From Escherichia coli (GTDB lineage: Bacteria > Pseudomonadota > Gammaproteobacteria > Enterobacterales > Enterobacteriaceae), in NCBI RefSeq assembly GCF_013315695.1, contig NZ_CP054353.1: DNA of 64,000 nucleotides. One strand, 5' to 3'. How positions within the stretch are numbered: the first letter of the stretch is position 1; every line of letters starts with the position of its first letter. The notes beneath the pieces were generated by a model. That model saw only the letters and a list, made by a program, of their open reading frames with translations. It was not told the DNA's origin and did no database searches. Of the stretch, positions 57,946-64,000 are shown in pieces. The position numbers were made by a program, and so were the translations under genes.

Positions 57946-59371
57946 TAATGCCAGTCAGTTAAGCAACTGACTGGCTCTTTTTCGGGGCTGTGGGGTATTT
58001 CCAGGGCCTCTCCTTTACCACTCTCGGGAAGGCCCTTTCCCTTCTTGTCGGTAATTTCACAAGTTGTCCCATACTTGCAAGATCGCGCATCAGCTCCGGT
58101 ATACGTCCCGGTGAAGCGCCCTGCAATGTCATCAGCATTCTCATCACCATTCCGCATGATTCTGAGAAACTCAGTTGATTCGGCCAGTAACCTTTCAGAT
58201 GTTCCGCCATTTTAATCATCTGATATCTCACCAGATTATAAGCCAGTAAGACACCCCACAGCTCTTGCTCCACAAGCTCCGGTTTTTTACTTCTCAGCGT
58301 CAGCCTGCTCAGTTGCATCGTCTGTTTTATCTCCCTGTATCCCAGTTCGATTTCCCAGCGATGACTGTACAGATCCGCCATTTCTCCTCCGGGGAAGCGC
58401 ATGGCGTCCGTCATCGACGTCAGCAGATGGCAGACTTTTCCTTTGCGCGTCACGGTCAGCAGGCGGGCTGTCACTTCATTTCCCAGTCCCGGCCACTTTT
58501 TTCGTGCCTGCGGGCTGGTTTTCAGCTTCACCAGATGATCGCCTTTACCCAGTTTTCTGATCTCTTCATATTGCGCTCCCTTTCTGAGAGGTATCATCCA
58601 GTGGCGGTGTTCTCCCGCCAGGCTCCAGGCATTTAACAGTCCCAGTGAGTAATAACCTTTATCCATTAACGTCAGAGTGTTATCGCCGGTTTGTTCTATA
58701 AGTTGCTCAGCAAGCTCATTTTCGCTGTTCTTCATCGTGCCGAAGGCTGCAGCCGTCAGCAGATGGCTGGTCAGTTCCATCTGGCAGACCATTTTGACCT
58801 GCGGGTAGAGCGCCGGGTTCCCGGCATGTGTCTGGCGGGGGAAGGCTGCATCGTTCTCTGGTGTATCCGGTGTGCGCCAGAACACACCATCGATGGCCAG
58901 CAGGGTCAGGCCGCACCAGTGCGGATGCGGCGTGGCGTTATGCCAGAGCTGCGCTGTTTTCGTGAACACGCGGCGGACAGCCTCACTTCCCAGGCGCTGG
59001 CGGGCCTGAATAACGGCACTGGGGGCAACGAAGGGGCGATTGCCCGGCAGCATGATGTCCAGGCGATTCACAATCTGGTGAAGAGGTTCTTTACGCTCAA
59101 GCGCCATGCCAACAATACACCAGACCATCATTTCGAGGGGAAGACGGCGCTTGCGTAGCGTTACAGTACCTGATTCGGCAAGGCAACGAGAGATGAGTTC
59201 GGGGTCGAGGTAATCCCCCAGAGAAGTCAGTGGGTTACGCAGAGAATCGTAACGGGATACCAGATCAAGAGCCTGTCCAATGTGCATAAAAAAATCCGGA
59301 AACAAGTGAGCGTTTCCGGATTCTTACACAGCCACTGGATCGGTCAACTGATCCTTAACTGATCGGCATTA
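57946..59371 (-). mobile_element. IS4 insertion sequence (complete, 1426 bp)
   Basis: Terminal inverted repeats TAATGCCAGTCAGTTAAG... and ...CTTAACTGATCGGCATTA; single 442 aa DDE transposase; flanked by a 12 bp direct repeat. Confidence 0.92.
57959..59287 (-). CDS. insG: IS4 transposase
   Basis: 442 aa [63 protein letters not shown]... (IS4 family DDE transposase). Confidence 0.92.
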   Translation of the reverse strand: MHIGQALDLVSRYDSLRNPLTSLGDYLDPELISRCLAESGTVTLRKRRLPLEMMVWCIVGMALERKEPLHQIVNRLDIMLPGNRPFVAPSAVIQARQRLGSEAVRRVFTKTAQLWHNATPHPHWCGLTLLAIDGVFWRTPDTPENDAAFPRQTHAGNPALYPQVKMVCQMELTSHLLTAAAFGTMKNSENELAEQLIEQTGDNTLTLMDKGYYSLGLLNAWSLAGEHRHWMIPLRKGAQYEEIRKLGKGDHLVKLKTSPQARKKWPGLGNEVTARLLTVTRKGKVCHLLTSMTDAMRFPGGEMADLYSHRWEIELGYREIKQTMQLSRLTLRSKKPELVEQELWGVLLAYNLVRYQMIKMAEHLKGYWPNQLSFSESCGMVMRMLMTLQGASPGRIPELMRDLASMGQLVKLPTRRERAFPRVVKERPWKYPTAPKKSQSVA

Positions 59372-59383
59372 CAGCCGCGGCTG
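59372..59383. repeat. IS4 target-site duplication, right copy
   Basis: CAGCCGCGGCTG immediately 3' of the IS4 terminus. Confidence 0.85.
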
Positions 59384-60170
59384 GGGATTTGCCTCGCCCG
59401 ATAGCGACTACGATGTACGGTTTTTGTATGTCCATCCGCTGGAATGGTATCTGCGTGTAGAGTCACCGCGCGATGTTATCGAGCTGCCCATCGACGACGA
59501 ATTAGATGTTTCCGGTTGGGAGTGGCGTAAGGCGCTGGGATTATTGAAAGGCGCGAATCCGACGCTGATAGAATGGCTGGATTCTCCGGTGGTCTATCAA
59601 CAAGATGAAGAAACGATAACGGCGCTTAAGGCAATGGTCCCAATGTGGTTTTCTTCGTTGCGTGCACGCTGGCATTACTATTCGATGGCGCAGAAAAACT
59701 TCCGCGGCTATTTGCAGGGCGATGAAGTTCGACTGAAAAAATACTTTTACGTGCTGCGCCCGCTGCTGGCCGTGCGCTGGGTCGAAGCGGGTAAAGGCGT
59801 GCCGCCAATGCGCTTTGCTGAGTTACTGGCAGGAAGCGAGCTTGATGCGCCGTTACGCGAAGAGATTGACGAACTGCTGGAGCGTAAACAGCGAGCGGGG
59901 GAGGCGGAATATGGTCCGCGCCGTCCTTTGTTACATGCGTTTATTCGCGCGGAGCTGGCGCGTGGGGAAATTCCACCGATTTTACCGGACAGTCGAGATG
60001 GAGATGTTCGGGAGCTAGATAATTTGCTGTATCAAACGGTAATGCGCCGGGCATAAAGCCCGGCGTGATTTATTGCTGGTATTGCCAACTGCTGACTAAA
60101 GCGTACAAGTGATTTGGTGATGCTGCCAACTTACTGATTTAGTGTATGATGGTGTTTTTGAGGTGCTCCA

Positions 60171-60446
60171 GTGGCTTCTGTTTCTATCAGCTGTCCCTCC
60201 TGTTCAGCTACTGACGGGGTGGTGCGTAACGGCAAAAGCACCGCCGGACATCAGCGCTATCTCTGCTCTCACTGCCGTAAAACATGGCAACTGCAGTTCA
60301 CTTACACCGCTTCTCAACCCGGTACGCACCAGAAAATCATTGATATGGCCATGAATGGCGTTGGATGCCGGGCAACAGCCCGCATTATGGGCGTTGGCCT
60401 CAACACGATTTTACGTCACTTAAAAAACTCAGGCCGCAGTCGGTAA
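60171..60446 (+). CDS. insA: IS1 InsA
   Basis: 91 aa [43 protein letters not shown]... zinc-finger/HTH protein of IS1. Confidence 0.93.
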
Positions 60447-60868
60447 CCTCGCGCATACAGCCGGGCAGTGACGTCATCGTCTGCGCGGAAATGGACGAAC
60501 AGTGGGGCTATGTCGGGGCTAAATCGCGCCAGCGCTGGCTGTTTTACGCGTATGACAGGCTCCGGAAGACGGTTGTTGCGCACGTATTCGGTGAACGCAC
60601 TATGGCGACGCTGGGGCGTCTTATGAGCCTGCTGTCACCCTTTGACGTGGTGATATGGATGACGGATGGCTGGCCGCTGTATGAATCCCGCCTGAAGGGA
60701 AAGCTGCACGTAATCAGCAAGCGATATACGCAGCGAATTGAGCGGCATAACCTGAATCTGAGGCAGCACCTGGCACGGCTGGGACGGAAGTCGCTGTCGT
60801 TCTCAAAATCGGTGGAGCTGCATGACAAAGTCATCGGGCATTATCTGAACATAAAACACTATCAATAA
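60365..60868 (+). CDS. insB: IS1 InsB reading frame (expressed as InsAB' by -1 frameshift)
   Basis: -1 frame relative to insA; ...[78 protein letters not shown] slippery run in the insA/insB overlap. Confidence 0.9.
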
Positions 60869-60921
60869 GTTGGAGTCATTACCAATAGCGTCGTGGGTCG
60901 CTATTCACCTCTACTGATCGT

Positions 60922-62271
60922 TTACTCAAACAAATTAAAATGCAGCTTCTGCACCACCTGCTCGGCATCTTCGCCGGGCACCAGGAAGCACAGGTTATGG
61001 CTGGATGCGCCGTAACAAATCATGCGAATGTTGAACGGTTCCAGTACGCCGAATACCTCTTTGCCAACGCCGCAGGCTTTTGACAGGTCATTGCCAATCA
61101 ACGCGACCAGCGCCAGCCCCTCTTCCACTTCCACCCGGCACAGTGCGGAAAGCTCCATCAGCAGGGATTGCGTCAGCAAGGTATCGCCAGTGGAGGTTGA
61201 ACCGGTGGTATCAAGGGTTAATGCCACGCTCACTTCTGACGTGGTGATTAAGTCTACCGAAATATTATGCCGCGCGAGGATGCCGAAAACTTCCGCGAGG
61301 AAACCGCGAGAATGCAGCATATTCAGGCTGTGCAAAGTGAGCAGGGTCTGATTGCGACGAAGCGCCAGCGCGCGGAACAGCGGCGGATTTTCAGTTTTAT
61401 TGCACACCAGCGTACCACCTGCGCGTGGGTCTTTGCTGGAGCCGACAAAGACCGGGATATCGCTGCGTACTGCGGGTAGCAACGTTGCCGGATGCAGTAC
61501 TTTTGCACCAAAAGTTGCCATCTCTGCCGCTTCGGCAAACGCGATTTCATCAATGCGTTTTGCTGCGGAAACCACGCGTGGATCGGTGGTGTAGATGCCC
61601 GGGACGTCGGTCCAGATATCAACACGAGATGCGTGTAAAGCCTCCGCCAGCAAGGCTGCCGTATAATCGCTGCCTCCACGGCCAAGCGTCGTTGTACGAC
61701 CTTTATTTTCGCTACCGATAAATCCCTGGGTGATCACTAAGCCTTCATTGAGGCGTGGGAGCAGCTGCAGCGCGGTCAGTTCCGCCAGCGCGGCTACATC
61801 TGGCTCTGCACGACCAAATCGGTCGTTGGTACGCATCACTTTACGTACATCAAACCACTGTGCCTGAACATCGCGTTCGCGCAGGATTTCGACAAACAGC
61901 AGGGTCGACATCAGCTCGCCGTGGCTGACCAGTTCATCTGTCAGGGCCGGAGACGTTGCCAGCGCCGCCGCTTCTGCCAGAACAGTAATATTCTCCAGCA
62001 GACGTTCAATCTCTTCACGGATAACGTTCGGGTAACGCAGACGTTCCAGAATGGCAAACTGGATATTGCGGATTGCGTCGAGTTTTTCGAATCGCTCGCC
62101 AGGTTCCAGTCCTTCAGCTAAAGCGACCAGCAGATTAGTGATACCAGCAGAAGCCGAGAGGACAACTAAACGCACGTTGGCATCAGAAAGCACAATATCA
62201 GCGCTGCGGTTCATGGCGTCAAAATCAGCTACGCTGGTACCGCCAAATTTGGAGACAACAATTTCAGACAT
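60922..62271 (-). CDS. lysC: Lysine-sensitive aspartokinase III
   Basis: 449 aa MSEIVVSKFGGTSVADFDAMNRSADIVLSDANVRLVVLSASAGITNLLVALAEG...; C-terminal ACT domains. Confidence 0.96.
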   Translation of the reverse strand: MSEIVVSKFGGTSVADFDAMNRSADIVLSDANVRLVVLSASAGITNLLVALAEGLEPGERFEKLDAIRNIQFAILERLRYPNVIREEIERLLENITVLAEAAALATSPALTDELVSHGELMSTLLFVEILRERDVQAQWFDVRKVMRTNDRFGRAEPDVAALAELTALQLLPRLNEGLVITQGFIGSENKGRTTTLGRGGSDYTAALLAEALHASRVDIWTDVPGIYTTDPRVVSAAKRIDEIAFAEAAEMATFGAKVLHPATLLPAVRSDIPVFVGSSKDPRAGGTLVCNKTENPPLFRALALRRNQTLLTLHSLNMLHSRGFLAEVFGILARHNISVDLITTSEVSVALTLDTTGSTSTGDTLLTQSLLMELSALCRVEVEEGLALVALIGNDLSKACGVGKEVFGVLEPFNIRMICYGASSHNLCFLVPGEDAEQVVQKLHFNLFE

Positions 62272-62299
62272 AACTACCTCGTGTCAGGGGATCCATTTT

Positions 62300-62560
62300 C
62301 AGCCTTGGCACAAGGGAAGAGCGGAAGACGGGTGGGCGCAGAGCGATACTTCGCTACTATTTTCACCCAGAAGTGCTCCACCACTTGCGAAACGCCCGAC
62401 TGCGAACGCTTCTGGTGACAACCCAGGGGATTCAGCCCCTGTAGCCGATGATGAACGTGGCCAGCCGTTCAATCACCTCGGCGATGCACCCCCTCAGGTG
62501 TTATCACAGGACTGGCTCCTCCAACACCGTTACTTGGGCAACGCGCCTCTTCTGGCCTGC
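62300..62560 (-). promoter_or_regulatory. Lysine riboswitch (L box) in lysC leader
   Basis: Long structured leader upstream of lysC; reverse strand contains ...AGAGGCGCGTTGCCCAAG... and ...GGTGCATCGCCGAGGTGATTGAACGG..., consistent with L-box conserved segments; exact ends not determined. Confidence 0.6.
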
Positions 62561-62741
62561 GCTAGCGCAGGTAGTACATTTATAAATAAAGGGTGAGCGG
62601 GGCGGTTGTCAACGATGGGGTCATGCGGATTTTTCATCCACTCCTGGCGGTCAGTAGTTCAGCTAATAAATGCTTCACTGCGCTAAGGGTTTACACTCAA
62701 CATTACGCTAACGGCACTAAAACCATCACATTTTTCTGTGA

Positions 62742-64000
<1,259 letters not shown>

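Larger units (their letters stand above)
57827..60056 (+). pseudogene. Minimal nucleotidyltransferase (Pol-beta superfamily) gene disrupted by IS4
   Basis: 5' fragment 57827..57945 (MPLNGVSAAMRERVSQQLKEIERRYGVKVLYACESGSRG) and 3' fragment 59372..60056 (...WGFASPDSDYDVRFLYVHPLEWY...) are in frame once IS4 and one target-duplication copy are removed, restoring a 267 aa ORF with the GS-x10-DxD NTase motif. Confidence 0.75.
60116..60883 (+). mobile_element. IS1 insertion sequence (complete, 768 bp)
   Basis: Left end GGTGATGCTGCCAACTTACTGAT, right end ...ATCAATAAGTTGGAGTCATTACC; insA and insB reading frames with A6C slippery site; the 9 bp flanks (AAGTGATTT / AATAGCGTC) are not direct repeats. 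Confidence 0.93.

Noticed and set aside
57843-58157. 104 aa minus-strand ORF and other small ORFs inside IS4
   Set aside because: Lie within or antisense to the IS4 transposase gene; IS4 encodes a single transposase.

Overview
This window is an Escherichia coli-type chromosomal segment with the backbone gene order nusG(3' end)-rplKAJL-rpoBC / thiHGSFEC(-) / rsd / nudC-hemE-nfi-yjaG-hupA-yjaH / zraP-zraSR / purDH(-) / rrnE-type rRNA operon (16S, tRNA-Glu, 23S, 5S) / yjaB / metA / aceBAK / iclR / metH / yjbB / pepE / rluF / yjbD / lysC / pgi(5' part). All calls are made by reading the sequence and the supplied ORF track against remembered protein families; no database search was run. Three accessory regions interrupt this backbone. 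(1) A 6.7 kb L-sorbose PTS operon (sorCDFBAME) lies between pepE and rluF, with an extra AroE-family dehydrogenase gene overlapping the sorE stop. (2) A 4.7 kb islet lies between yjbD and lysC: a sigma54-type promoter and long structured leader, an SPFH/band-7 gene broken by an in-frame amber codon, a minimal nucleotidyltransferase gene split by a complete IS4 with a 12 bp target duplication, and an IS1 with no target duplication abutting the lysC 3' end. (3) Two backbone genes I expect from the K-12 map are absent: arpA (aceK directly abuts iclR) and yjaA (5S directly abuts yjaB). The decayed SPFH-nucleotidyltransferase module is the best candidate here for an undescribed system, probably conflict- or stress-related; this is inference only.
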